The notes beneath the pieces were generated by a model that saw nothing but the letters and a program-made list of their open reading frames with translations, was not told where the DNA came from and searched no databases. The position numbers and the translations under genes are program-made. A DNA stretch of 63,990 nt, counting the filler. It is 5 parts of 5 records of this genome, joined end to end, with 100 filler letters (N's around TTAATTAATTAA, not from the genome) between each part and the next. Parts side by side here need not be neighbours in the genome. Positions count along the whole stretch, not along the records: positions 1 to 10,728 come from SRR31156797_10356; positions 10,829 to 30,048 come from SRR31156797_10363; 3 more parts are not named here. One strand, written 5' to 3'. Of this stretch, positions 10,190 to 19,128 are shown piece after piece; the first letter of the stretch is position 1, and each line of letters begins with the position of its first letter.

Positions 10190-10348
10190 ATGGAAGCGAT
10201 ATTTAGTTTTATAGTTTTGGGAGTGATTTGGTTTGGAGCATATATTCTTTTTAGAGCCTTGGTTTTATTTGTACGTCAGCCTATAACTTTTATCGTAGTA
10301 GCGTTTGGACTTGGATTTTTATTGGGGGATGATGAGTGTAAGATATAA
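10190..10348 (+). CDS. Small 52-aa hydrophobic (two-TM) protein
   Basis: Manual translation MEAIFSFIVLGVIWFGAYILFRALVLFVRQPITFIVVAFGLGFLLGDDECKI; AAGGAG RBS; divergent from WYL. Confidence 0.65.
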   Translation: MEAIFSFIVLGVIWFGAYILFRALVLFVRQPITFIVVAFGLGFLLGDDECKI

Positions 10349-10382
10349 AAAGGGAAGATAAACTTTCCCATTTTATTATAGT

Positions 10383-10728
10383 TTATTTATGAAAACTTGA
10401 AGAGATTATGGACATAAACTCATCCTTAGTCTTTTTCTCTCTTTTAAAAAGTCCTCTAAGAGCGGAGGTTACAGTTGAAGAGCAAATCTTTTCAACTCCT
10501 CTCATCTCCATACACATATGGCGTGCATCTATAACCACTGCTACCCCTTTTGGTTTGAGATTATCATGGATCGCATCACAGATCTGCTCGGTCATCTGTT
10601 CTTGGATCTGTAATCTTCTTGCAAATACATCTACTACTCTTGGTATCTTACTAAGCCCTACCACTTTTCCATCAGGGATATATGCAATATGTGCTTTTCC
10701 TATAATTGGTAACATATGGTGTTCACAC
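10383..10728 (-). CDS. folE: GTP cyclohydrolase I (5'-truncated by contig edge)
   Basis: CEHHMLP...GKAHIAYIP...[22 protein letters not shown]...HMCMEMRG. Confidence 0.95.
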
Positions 10729-10828
10729 NNNNNNNNNNNNNNNNNNNNNNNNNNNNNNNNNNNNNNNNNNNNTTAATTAATTAANNNNNNNNNNNNNNNN
10801 NNNNNNNNNNNNNNNNNNNNNNNNNNNN
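10729..10828. other. Artificial contig linker
   Basis: N run with the six-frame-stop spacer TTAATTAATTAA, 100 nt. Confidence 0.99.
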
Positions 10829-10858
10829 CACCGCATTCGACCACTCTGCCATCTCTCC
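10829..10858 (-). tRNA. 5' fragment of a tRNA, probably tRNA-Ser (cut by contig edge)
   Basis: Reverse complement GGAGAGATGGCAGAGTGGTCGAATGCGGTG gives acceptor stem plus D arm; Bacteroidota-type TAnnTTTG promoter element at 10870-10877; anticodon not visible. Confidence 0.8.
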
Positions 10859-11164
10859 TAACGCGGTTGCAAATGTAGTGTATTTATCTTTTCTACCAAA
10901 AAACTATTATAAATTTTTTAACGATTTTTATCCTATTTTTTACTGTCTATTGATTTTCAATATTTTGAAAAAACTAAATATTCAGTTACTATAAATCATA
11001 ATTATTCATTAACGCCCTTCACGATATTTATAACATCCGATAATGAACAATTCTGGTGATAATTTTGTGTTATAAAATGTTATTTATACATTCACATATA
11101 TGAATTCAATATTCATTTTTGTATAAGTCGCAGAAGCTTAACTTTTTAACTTAAAACTCACATC

Positions 11165-12826
11165 ATGTTAAAAGAAAACTTTGTTGAATACATAACCAAT
11201 AGTATCTCTGAAAATTGGGATCTTCCAGCTTTATCTGATTATAAAGGTAAGGATTATACTTATGCCGACACAGGTGAAAGAATTGCTAAGTTACATCTAA
11301 TTTTCAAAGAGTTAGGTATTGAGAGAGGTGACAAGATTTCACTTTTGGGTAAAAACTCTGCTCATTGGGCTATGATTTATTTAGCCACGGTGAGTTATGG
11401 CGCAGTTATAGTACCCATCCTCCCTGATTTTCATGCTAATGACGTTCATCATATTGTGAATCATTCTGATTCTAAATTACTTTTTGCAGGTGAAATGGTT
11501 TGGGATAATATTGAAGAAACAGCAATGAAGAATTTGCTTGGAATTCTTTCTATTGAAGAATTTAGTGTACTTTATGCTAAACCTGAGTCAAAATTCAAAG
11601 AGATAATTGCTGGTGCCCACGAATCATTTAAAAACAATTTCTCACAGGGCTTTAATAAGGACGATTTTAAAGTTGAGCCAGTTTCAAATGATGATATTGG
11701 AATTATAAACTATACTAGCGGGACAACAGGATTTTCTAAAGGAGTTGTACTGAAAAACAATGCATTAGCTGCAAATATTCGTTTTGCCAGAAATAACCTG
11801 CCTTTAGGAGCTGGAGAAAAAGTTGTAAGCATGTTACCATTAGCTCATACTTACGGATGCGCTTTTGAGTTTCTGTGGCCATTCTCAATGGGTTGTCACA
11901 TTAATTTCTTAACCCGTACTCCTTCTCCTAAAATTATAGTTCAGGCCTTTCAATCAGTGAAACCATCTGTTGTAGTAACAGTGCCACTTATTATTGAAAA
12001 GATCTACAAGAAACAGATCAAACCGGCTATTGATAAAAAACTTATCAAGATTCTTACAAGCCTTCCACTTATTGATAAACCTATTTACAAAAAAATCAAT
12101 AATAAGCTTTCAGATGTCTTTGGTGGTCAGTTTAGAGAAGTTATCATTGGTGGAGCTCCATTAAGTGAAGAAGTTGAAATATTCCTAAAAAAAATAAAGT
12201 TTAAATATACCGTTGGTTATGGAATGACCGAATGCGGGCCTCTTATTAGTTATGCCAACTGGGAAAAAGCTAAACTGCGCTCAGCTGGATCCGTGGTAGA
12301 TACCCTTGAAATTAAAATTGACAGCAATGATCAGGTAAATGAATCCGGAGAAATTATGGTAAGAGGCGAAAACATCATGGAAGGATACTACAAAAACCCT
12401 GAAGCCACTGAGCAAGCTATCGATAAAGATGGTTGGTTACATACGGGAGACTTAGGTGTTGTGGATGAAGATAATTTTGTTTTTATAAATGGGAGAAGCA
12501 AATCACTCATTCTAGGTCCATCTGGCGAAAACATTTACCCTGAAGAAATCGAAGCTAAAATTAATGGTTTACCTTATGTAATGGAATCGCTTGTGCTTCC
12601 GGACGATAATAAGCTAGTCGGTTTAATTTATCCCGACTATGAAGCTATAGATAAGGAAGGAATTCGATTAAAAGACTTACCAGATCATCTTGAAAGCGGA
12701 AGAAAAGAAGTAAATGAATCTCTTCCTAAATACAAACAAATCAGTAGGTTTAAGCTTTATCCTACAGAGTTTGAGAAAACACCAAAGAAAAGTATAAAGC
12801 GGTTCCTCTACGAGATAGATGATTAA
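11165..12826 (+). CDS. Long-chain fatty acid-CoA ligase (AMP-binding family)
   Basis: YTSGTTGFSKG, GYGMTE, WLHTGDLG motifs. Confidence 0.92.
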   Translation: MLKENFVEYITNSISENWDLPALSDYKGKDYTYADTGERIAKLHLIFKELGIERGDKISLLGKNSAHWAMIYLATVSYGAVIVPILPDFHANDVHHIVNHSDSKLLFAGEMVWDNIEETAMKNLLGILSIEEFSVLYAKPESKFKEIIAGAHESFKNNFSQGFNKDDFKVEPVSNDDIGIINYTSGTTGFSKGVVLKNNALAANIRFARNNLPLGAGEKVVSMLPLAHTYGCAFEFLWPFSMGCHINFLTRTPSPKIIVQAFQSVKPSVVVTVPLIIEKIYKKQIKPAIDKKLIKILTSLPLIDKPIYKKINNKLSDVFGGQFREVIIGGAPLSEEVEIFLKKIKFKYTVGYGMTECGPLISYANWEKAKLRSAGSVVDTLEIKIDSNDQVNESGEIMVRGENIMEGYYKNPEATEQAIDKDGWLHTGDLGVVDEDNFVFINGRSKSLILGPSGENIYPEEIEAKINGLPYVMESLVLPDDNKLVGLIYPDYEAIDKEGIRLKDLPDHLESGRKEVNESLPKYKQISRFKLYPTEFEKTPKKSIKRFLYEIDD

Positions 12827-12889
12827 AAAAAATGGCCAGAAGTTTTTCACTTTTGGCCTTTCATTTTATATTTTTAGAAAAAAAATCCA

Positions 12890-13558
12890 ATGATTATTCA
12901 AATAATTGCAAGGGTATTTTTCATATTGTTTTTCTTCATTCAAAATACAAGTCTTTTTGCTCAAAATCCAGAACAAAAAGCTGATAATCCATACCTTAAC
13001 TGTATAGAGGAAAAAGACAAAGATGGCACACTCAAATCAAAAGGTTGTTATAGTTTACAAGAGGACAAAACATGGGCAAAGCATGGCACATGGTTGCATT
13101 TCAATAAAGAACAAATACTCATCGATTCCATTAACTATTCAAACGGCCTTCATGTAGGAATTAGAAATACTTATAATTCCAAAGGAGAACTCATTGAGCA
13201 AATTAATTATGGTGAAAGCACATTTCCAAGAACGATAAGACACACAGAGTTTTTGTATAAAGGTACAACCAGAGAAATAACAACTACATATAATCAGGTA
13301 AAGAAAGACTCTGTAATAAAACACGGCGTGCTTTTGTCTAAATGGAAAAATGGCAACACTAAAGATTCAGTTGTATATGACAATGGAATTAAAAAGCTTT
13401 GGGCAGGTTTTTACAAATCTGGAGAGCTCCAATTTACAAGTGATTTTGGTAAAAACCCAAAAAAAGGGTCACCCATAAAAACCACTGAATATGACAAGGA
13501 TGGATCTGTTAGATCAATGAGAACTGAATATGCAGGTTATGATATAGATTTGTATTAG
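12890..13558 (+). CDS. Exported MORN-variant (YwqK-like) repeat protein
   Basis: Signal peptide; repeated KHG.W / Y.NG / Y..G motifs. Confidence 0.6.
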   Translation: MIIQIIARVFFILFFFIQNTSLFAQNPEQKADNPYLNCIEEKDKDGTLKSKGCYSLQEDKTWAKHGTWLHFNKEQILIDSINYSNGLHVGIRNTYNSKGELIEQINYGESTFPRTIRHTEFLYKGTTREITTTYNQVKKDSVIKHGVLLSKWKNGNTKDSVVYDNGIKKLWAGFYKSGELQFTSDFGKNPKKGSPIKTTEYDKDGSVRSMRTEYAGYDIDLY

Positions 13559-14247
13559 TCCACCATTTTCTTTTTCTTCATATAATTCGCAATATAAACA
13601 AATGGTGTATCAGCAGCTGCTACTACCCATTTAAGAATATAGGTGGTTAAAACAATCTCAATCAATACATTATTCTCATAAACACCATAGAAAGCTATAA
13701 CAGTAAATATTACGCTGTCAATCAATTGCGAAACCATTGTGCTTAAATTATTACGCAACCATATAAATTTCCGTCCTTCAAATCTCTTTCCCCAGAAATG
13801 ATATGCCCAAATATCGTGTTTCTGCGATATCAAATATGCAGTAAAACTTGCAATAACGATACGCGGCATAAAACTAAAAATAGTAGAAATACTTTCGTGT
13901 GTTGATTTAGAGAAGTCATCACCGAGAGGCTCAAATAAAAGGGCCAAATTCATAAGCAAAGTCATACTTACCAAGCTAAAAAAACCAATCCATATAGCCC
14001 TGTTAGCTTCCTTTTTACCATAGTTCTCTGAAAGAATATCTGTAACCAAAAATGAAGAGGCATAAACAATATTTCCTAATGTAGCAGCAAATCCGAATAA
14101 ACTAATTCCCTGAATAACCTGAATATTAGCAATGATTACCGAAATAGGTACCCAAATATACAAACCCATTTTCCCAAACACGCGGTACGCCAACAAAATC
14201 AGAGCAAAATTAGCTAGTAACATTGCTAGCCAAAACAGTTCATTCAT
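13555..14247 (-). CDS. yhhQ: Queuosine precursor transporter (VUT/YhhQ family)
   Basis: TDILSENYGKKEA, WLRNNLSTMVSQLIDS, DTPFVY. Confidence 0.9.
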   Translation of the reverse strand: MNELFWLAMLLANFALILLAYRVFGKMGLYIWVPISVIIANIQVIQGISLFGFAATLGNIVYASSFLVTDILSENYGKKEANRAIWIGFFSLVSMTLLMNLALLFEPLGDDFSKSTHESISTIFSFMPRIVIASFTAYLISQKHDIWAYHFWGKRFEGRKFIWLRNNLSTMVSQLIDSVIFTVIAFYGVYENNVLIEIVLTTYILKWVVAAADTPFVYIANYMKKKKMVD

Positions 14248-14286
14248 TATATAAAGTTTTTAGATACTCTAGATAAACAAAGCAAA

Positions 14287-14751
14287 CTAATCTTCGTTTA
14301 TTTCAAACCCATCTTTTTTATCCCCAGAAATTACAAAAATGCTATGGAATTGCGATATGTTACGCACACTAGCTAGTTTTTCTTCTAAGAAAACTTTAAA
14401 CTCACTCATATCAGCAACCATTACTTTTAATAGTGCATCATAATTTCCAGAGATATAATAAAACTCCATAACTTCTGGCAATGACATTGCATCTTTTTGA
14501 AAGCTTTCTACAATCTCCTTAGTATGATTTTTTAATGAAACCATAATGAAGGATGTCATATTACGTCCTATTTTTTCAGCATTAAGCTTTGCCGAATACT
14601 TTTCAATTATTCCTGCTTTCTCCAGCTTTTTAACTCGCTCATAAACAGGAGTATTAGATAAGTGCAATTGAGAAGCCAATTCTTTAGTAGTAATGCGGGC
14701 ATTTTCTTGTAAAATGCCTAAAATCTTTCTATCGGTGCTATCCAATTTCAT
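14287..14751 (-). CDS. Lrp/AsnC family regulator
   Basis: LDSTDRKILGILQENARIT..ELA...LS.TPV.ERVKKLE..GII; RAM domain. Confidence 0.95.
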   Translation of the reverse strand: MKLDSTDRKILGILQENARITTKELASQLHLSNTPVYERVKKLEKAGIIEKYSAKLNAEKIGRNMTSFIMVSLKNHTKEIVESFQKDAMSLPEVMEFYYISGNYDALLKVMVADMSEFKVFLEEKLASVRNISQFHSIFVISGDKKDGFEINED

Positions 14752-14793
14752 AATTTATAGAATTTTATAGAATTTTATAGAATTTTATAGAAT
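14752..14793. repeat. Tandem 10-bp repeat (AATTTTATAG) x about 4
   Basis: Three perfect copies at 14761-14790 plus partial copies, immediately upstream of the Lrp start codon. Confidence 0.9.
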
Positions 14794-14950
14794 GTTTAAC
14801 CTTAAAATATCGAATACAGATCGATGTATTAGAATTTTTATTACTCAACACTATACAAATATAGTTAATTTTTCTAAAATAAAACACTAATGCAGATATT
14901 TTAATTAATTATTGCAATATTTGCAGTCTCAAAATCTAAAGATTTATTGT

Positions 14951-15496
14951 ATGAAAGAAATCAGATGGCACGGACGCGGTGGACAGGGGGGATTTACAGC
15001 TTCCCGCTTGCTAGGGATAGCTGCCGGAATGTTTGAAGATAAGCACGCATTGGCTTTTCCATCATTCGGGCCTGAGCGTCGTGGCGCACCGGTTTTAGCC
15101 TATACGAAGATTGACACAAAAAAGATACATGATCGTAGCGAAGTTGAAATGTGCGACTACGTTGTGATTATGGATGAGACACTTGTGAACGATCAAATCG
15201 CTAAAGGCATTAAAAAAGATGCTACAGTTTTAGTAAATAGTAAACCGGGAACAACATTTGATTCATTAAAAGATTTTAAGGTGCAAACTATTGATGCCAC
15301 GTCAATAGCACTTGAAATCTTAGGACGTCCTATCACCAATACAGCCATGTACGGTGCATTAGTAGCAGCTTCTGATATAGTTTCTCTTGAAGCAGCCACT
15401 AACAGCATCAAACATGAAATGAAACCAGCCTTGGTTGATAAGAATGTTAGAATTGTAGAAGAAGCTTACCAAACAATTAAATCCCAACTATCATGA
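14951..15496 (+). CDS. porC: 2-oxoacid:ferredoxin oxidoreductase gamma subunit
   Basis: EIRWHGRGGQG, FPSFGPERRGAP. Confidence 0.9.
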   Translation: MKEIRWHGRGGQGGFTASRLLGIAAGMFEDKHALAFPSFGPERRGAPVLAYTKIDTKKIHDRSEVEMCDYVVIMDETLVNDQIAKGIKKDATVLVNSKPGTTFDSLKDFKVQTIDATSIALEILGRPITNTAMYGALVAASDIVSLEAATNSIKHEMKPALVDKNVRIVEEAYQTIKSQLS

Positions 15497-15792
15497 ATCG
15501 TCCGGTAAAACAAGATTATAAAAGACCTACGCATATAAAAGATTTTCCTGTTGGACCACAATTTGATGCGGGTCACCTGGCTGATGAAAATGCTGGATGG
15601 CGCACATTCAAGCCTGTCGTGGATACTGAAAAGTGCATTAACTGTTTGATTTGTTACCTCGTTTGTCCTGATGGAACAATTGTAAAAGAAGAAAACCATG
15701 TAAGTGTAGCTTACGATTATTGTAAAGGTTGTGGAGTTTGTGCTAACGAATGTCCTAAAGATGCTATAAGTATGGTAAAAGATGAGCGCTAA
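15493..15792 (+). CDS. porD: 2-oxoacid:ferredoxin oxidoreductase delta subunit (2x[4Fe-4S])
   Basis: WRTFKP, CINCLICYLVCP, CKGCGVCANECP. Confidence 0.92.
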   Translation: MNRPVKQDYKRPTHIKDFPVGPQFDAGHLADENAGWRTFKPVVDTEKCINCLICYLVCPDGTIVKEENHVSVAYDYCKGCGVCANECPKDAISMVKDER

Positions 15793-15858
15793 AATTCTAA
15801 ATATTGAATAGGTATTATATTAATAATGAAATTCGATAATACTATTTTAAAAAAGATA

Positions 15859-15912
15859 ACAGAAGACAGAAAACAGAAGACAGAATATTAAAACGCTGTA
15901 TTCTGTATTCTT
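15859..15912. repeat. Heptamer tandem repeat (ACAGAAN)x4 followed by an inverted (TCTGTAT-like) array
   Basis: acagaag acagaaa acagaag acagaat ... ctgtattctgtattct. Confidence 0.7.
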
Positions 15913-15967
15913 GGATATAAAATCACTCTGCTTAAACACATAATTACAACCTATATTAAAAACTAAG

Positions 15968-17149
15968 ATGTCAAAAAAATTATTTATATCAGGTGATGAA
16001 GCCATAGCATTAGGAGCCAAGCTTGCACGCCCTCATGTTATTGCAGCCTATCCTATTACCCCTCAAACTATTGCCGTTGAACGCTTATCTGACATGGTAG
16101 AAAATGGCGAGCTAAAAGCTGAATATATGCACGTAGAGTCTGAACACTCTGCCATTTCAGCTTGTATGGGAGCTAGTGCCATTGGCGCACGTACTTTTAC
16201 TGCTTCATCATCGCAGGGACTGCTTTATATGGCTGAAGGATTACATTACTGTTCAGGAGGTCGCTATCCTGTAGTCATGATGAATGCCAACCGTTCTGTG
16301 GCACTTCCCTGGAGTATTTACGGAGATCAAAGGGACTCATTAGGATTATTGGACAGTGGTTGGATTCAAGTTTATGTTGAAGATGCACAAGAGGCGTTAG
16401 ATATGATGATTCAGGCATATAAAATTGCTGAAAATTCAAAAGTATTAACACCAATGATGGTTAATATCGACGGTTTCATCCTTACACATACTTATGAAAT
16501 GGTTGACATACCTGAACAGGAAAAAGTTGACGCATTCCTCCCCCCTTTCGAAACAGTAAACAAAATGAGCTTTGAGCAACCTAAAAACATGGGATTTAGC
16601 TCACAACCCATTGACAATACTGAATTTAAATATCAACAAGACCGTGCTATGTTCGATGCTATTCCAGTTATTAATAAGACTGATGAAGATTTTGCAAAAG
16701 CATTTGGCAGAAGATATTATGGCATGGTTGAAAACTATAAATGCGAGGATGCTGACTACATTATTATCACATTGGGAAGCGTTTGCGGTACGACACGCAT
16801 TATAGTTGATGAACTTCGCGAACAAGGCTTAAAAGTTGGAATGCTTAAAATACGCTATATGCGTCCATTCCCGGAAAAAGAAATACAGGAAATTACAGCA
16901 AATGCAAAAGCTATTGGCGTATTAGAAAAAAACATATCATTTGGATATGAAGGAACTGTTTTTACTAATGTGAATAGTGCCATTTCAAAAACACAAGCTC
17001 GTCCATTTATGAAAAACTTCGTTGGTGGATTTGGCGGCCGTGATATAACCAAACATGAAATCCGTCAGATGTTCGAAACATTAAAAGAACAATCAACACC
17101 CTCAAAAACTGTCGAATACTTTAACTTAAATGTAGCAATCGATGAATAA
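15968..17149 (+). CDS. porA: 2-oxoacid:ferredoxin oxidoreductase alpha subunit
   Basis: AAYPITPQT, VESEHSA, SSQGLLYM. Confidence 0.92.
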   Translation: MSKKLFISGDEAIALGAKLARPHVIAAYPITPQTIAVERLSDMVENGELKAEYMHVESEHSAISACMGASAIGARTFTASSSQGLLYMAEGLHYCSGGRYPVVMMNANRSVALPWSIYGDQRDSLGLLDSGWIQVYVEDAQEALDMMIQAYKIAENSKVLTPMMVNIDGFILTHTYEMVDIPEQEKVDAFLPPFETVNKMSFEQPKNMGFSSQPIDNTEFKYQQDRAMFDAIPVINKTDEDFAKAFGRRYYGMVENYKCEDADYIIITLGSVCGTTRIIVDELREQGLKVGMLKIRYMRPFPEKEIQEITANAKAIGVLEKNISFGYEGTVFTNVNSAISKTQARPFMKNFVGGFGGRDITKHEIRQMFETLKEQSTPSKTVEYFNLNVAIDE

Positions 17150-18065
17150 TTCAGATACACTTACAGCACCCAAGAGAATTACAGCTAAAAACATGACCGA
17201 AAAAGAGTTCTTTTATGGTCATAAAGCTTGTGCAGGCTGTGGCGGATCTGTTGCAGTACGTTTAGCTTTGAAAGTAACCGGTGAAAGAACTTTTGCTGCT
17301 TTTCCAGCTGGTTGTATGGCAGCGGTAGGATTTATTTACCCACAAATGGCTTTTCAAAACAACGCCATTATTACAACTTTTCCAGGCGTTGCCAGTATGG
17401 CTTCAGGAATAAGTGTTGGAGCTAAAGCCTTGGGCCTAAAAGACTATAAAACAGTTGCCTTTGCAGGTGATGGTGGTACTGCAGATATTGGTTTGCAAGC
17501 ACTATCTGGAATGATTGACCGTGGCGATGATGTAATGTACATCTGCTATGACAATGAAGCTTACATGAACACCGGTATTCAGAAAAGTGGTTTAACACCT
17601 TACGGAACACATACAACCACCACTCCTGCCGGTAAAAACATACCGGGAACAAAAACACACAAAAAAAACCTTTTTGAAATCATTGCAGCCCATGACATTG
17701 CTTATGCAGCAACTGCCAGCATTGGTTATCCGCAGGATTATATAAATAAAGTAAATAAAGCCAAACAAGTTAAAGGACCATCATTTATTCATGTGTATGC
17801 CTCTTGCCCAACGGGCTGGGGAACACCAACAAACACAACTATTGAAATTGCCAAAGAAGTTGTGGATACAGGGCTATTCTTTTTGGCAGAATTTGAAAAT
17901 GGTGAGTTTAAACTCAACAAGAACCCAAAAGAATTTAAATCAATAAAAGATCACTTAAGTCAACAAGGACGATTTAAGCATCTAACTGATAATGATTACG
18001 ATATTATTACTAAGCAGCGCGATATGAAATGGGAACGTATGCGCAAGTATTGGACACTCCCATAA
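17142..18065 (+). CDS. porB: 2-oxoacid:ferredoxin oxidoreductase beta subunit (TPP-binding)
   Basis: GHKACAGCG, GDGGTADIG...DNEAYMNTGIQ, CPTGW. Confidence 0.92.
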   Translation: MNNSDTLTAPKRITAKNMTEKEFFYGHKACAGCGGSVAVRLALKVTGERTFAAFPAGCMAAVGFIYPQMAFQNNAIITTFPGVASMASGISVGAKALGLKDYKTVAFAGDGGTADIGLQALSGMIDRGDDVMYICYDNEAYMNTGIQKSGLTPYGTHTTTTPAGKNIPGTKTHKKNLFEIIAAHDIAYAATASIGYPQDYINKVNKAKQVKGPSFIHVYASCPTGWGTPTNTTIEIAKEVVDTGLFFLAEFENGEFKLNKNPKEFKSIKDHLSQQGRFKHLTDNDYDIITKQRDMKWERMRKYWTLP

Positions 18066-18158
18066 ACAAGTACTAGCGTAGGCTAGAAGCAAAAAACCAC
18101 CGATTCTATCGGGAAAACAGACTCTTTATAGGTTGTGAAGTAGATCATAGCTACTATT

Positions 18159-18180
18159 GGGCCGCCAGAAATGGTGGCCC
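18159..18180. terminator. Hairpin between convergent porB and the hydrolase gene
   Basis: GGGCCGCCA-GAAA-TGGTGGCCC. Confidence 0.6.
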
Positions 18181-18189
18181 TCACATTTA

Positions 18190-18999
18190 CTAATTTGTTT
18201 GTTCTATTAAGTATTCCAACTTCGAAAGATATTCATCCTTTTTATCAATAATGCCTTTTAAATGACCAACCTCATTATTCCAAAATATTTTAGGGTTTGG
18301 TGCATTTTCAAATACAATCTGACCATGATTATATGGAATTGATTCATCATTGCTACTATGTATAATTAATTTAGGCATACCAACTAAATCTTTTATTTGT
18401 TCTTTTGCTGAATAAGGTGAGGTAACATATGTTTTAATAATCTTCTTCATTGGACCTTTGGCAGATTCCAAAGCTATATCAGTAAACGAGCTCATTGGAC
18501 CATCTAAAACAAGAGCATCTACAAGCTTAATATTATCATTAGCTAATTTTGTGGCAATCTGGCTTCCCATTGATGCGCCCATAATAATTAAAGGTTTAGC
18601 ATGAAAACTTTCATTTTCGATTAAAAAATTAAATACAATTTGAGCATCATGTGCGATATTTATATGCGTTGGTGTACCGGTAGAATACCCATATCCTCGA
18701 GGCTCAAACATAAATACCTGATAACCATCTTCAACTAATGGATATATAATCGAATAATAAGTAGAAACATTACCTCCTGCACCATGAAAGAAAATAATAG
18801 AAGCTTTAGCATCAATTTTCGGAAGTAACATTAATCCATAAATAGAATCCTGCTCTACATTAAAATTAAACTCTTTAATATTATCCCAGTCTACTTGTTT
18901 CATTTCTTCCGTTGGAAAATAAAATTTATCATCATATTGCGCATTTGTAATATGACTCATTGCAAATAATAATACTGTAAATAAAATCGTCTTTTTCAT
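18190..18999 (-). CDS. Exported alpha/beta hydrolase
   Basis: Signal peptide, FFHGAGGN, GASMG nucleophile elbow, IIHS..D...P. Confidence 0.85.
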   Translation of the reverse strand: MKKTILFTVLLFAMSHITNAQYDDKFYFPTEEMKQVDWDNIKEFNFNVEQDSIYGLMLLPKIDAKASIIFFHGAGGNVSTYYSIIYPLVEDGYQVFMFEPRGYGYSTGTPTHINIAHDAQIVFNFLIENESFHAKPLIIMGASMGSQIATKLANDNIKLVDALVLDGPMSSFTDIALESAKGPMKKIIKTYVTSPYSAKEQIKDLVGMPKLIIHSSNDESIPYNHGQIVFENAPNPKIFWNNEVGHLKGIIDKKDEYLSKLEYLIEQTN

Positions 19000-19058
19000 A
19001 ATAATAAGTTTTAAAATCTCATCAAACCTAAACACAAAAGACTCATTATCAAATATTA

Positions 19059-19124
19059 TGTGATACTTGACAAAGAATTGGGATATTTATCAATCTAATG
19101 GGATGAACAACAACATTTGTGATA
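19059..19124. promoter_or_regulatory. Four direct repeats TG(G/T)GAT(A/G) at about 20-bp period; candidate LytTR binding array
   Basis: Copies at 19059, 19079, 19099, 19118 between the LytTR and hydrolase genes. Confidence 0.65.
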
Positions 19125-19128
19125 GAAT

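Noticed and set aside
10408-10776. 122-aa plus-strand ORF
   Set aside because: Antisense shadow of folE running into Ns
10729-10828. Repeated TTAATTAATTAA palindrome (four copies in the window)
   Set aside because: Artificial six-frame-stop linker inside N runs
10383-14247. folE near R-M genes and yhhQ as a 7-deazaguanine/queuosine DNA-modification cluster
   Set aside because: folE and yhhQ are on different contigs from different phyla; no dpdA or queCDE seen
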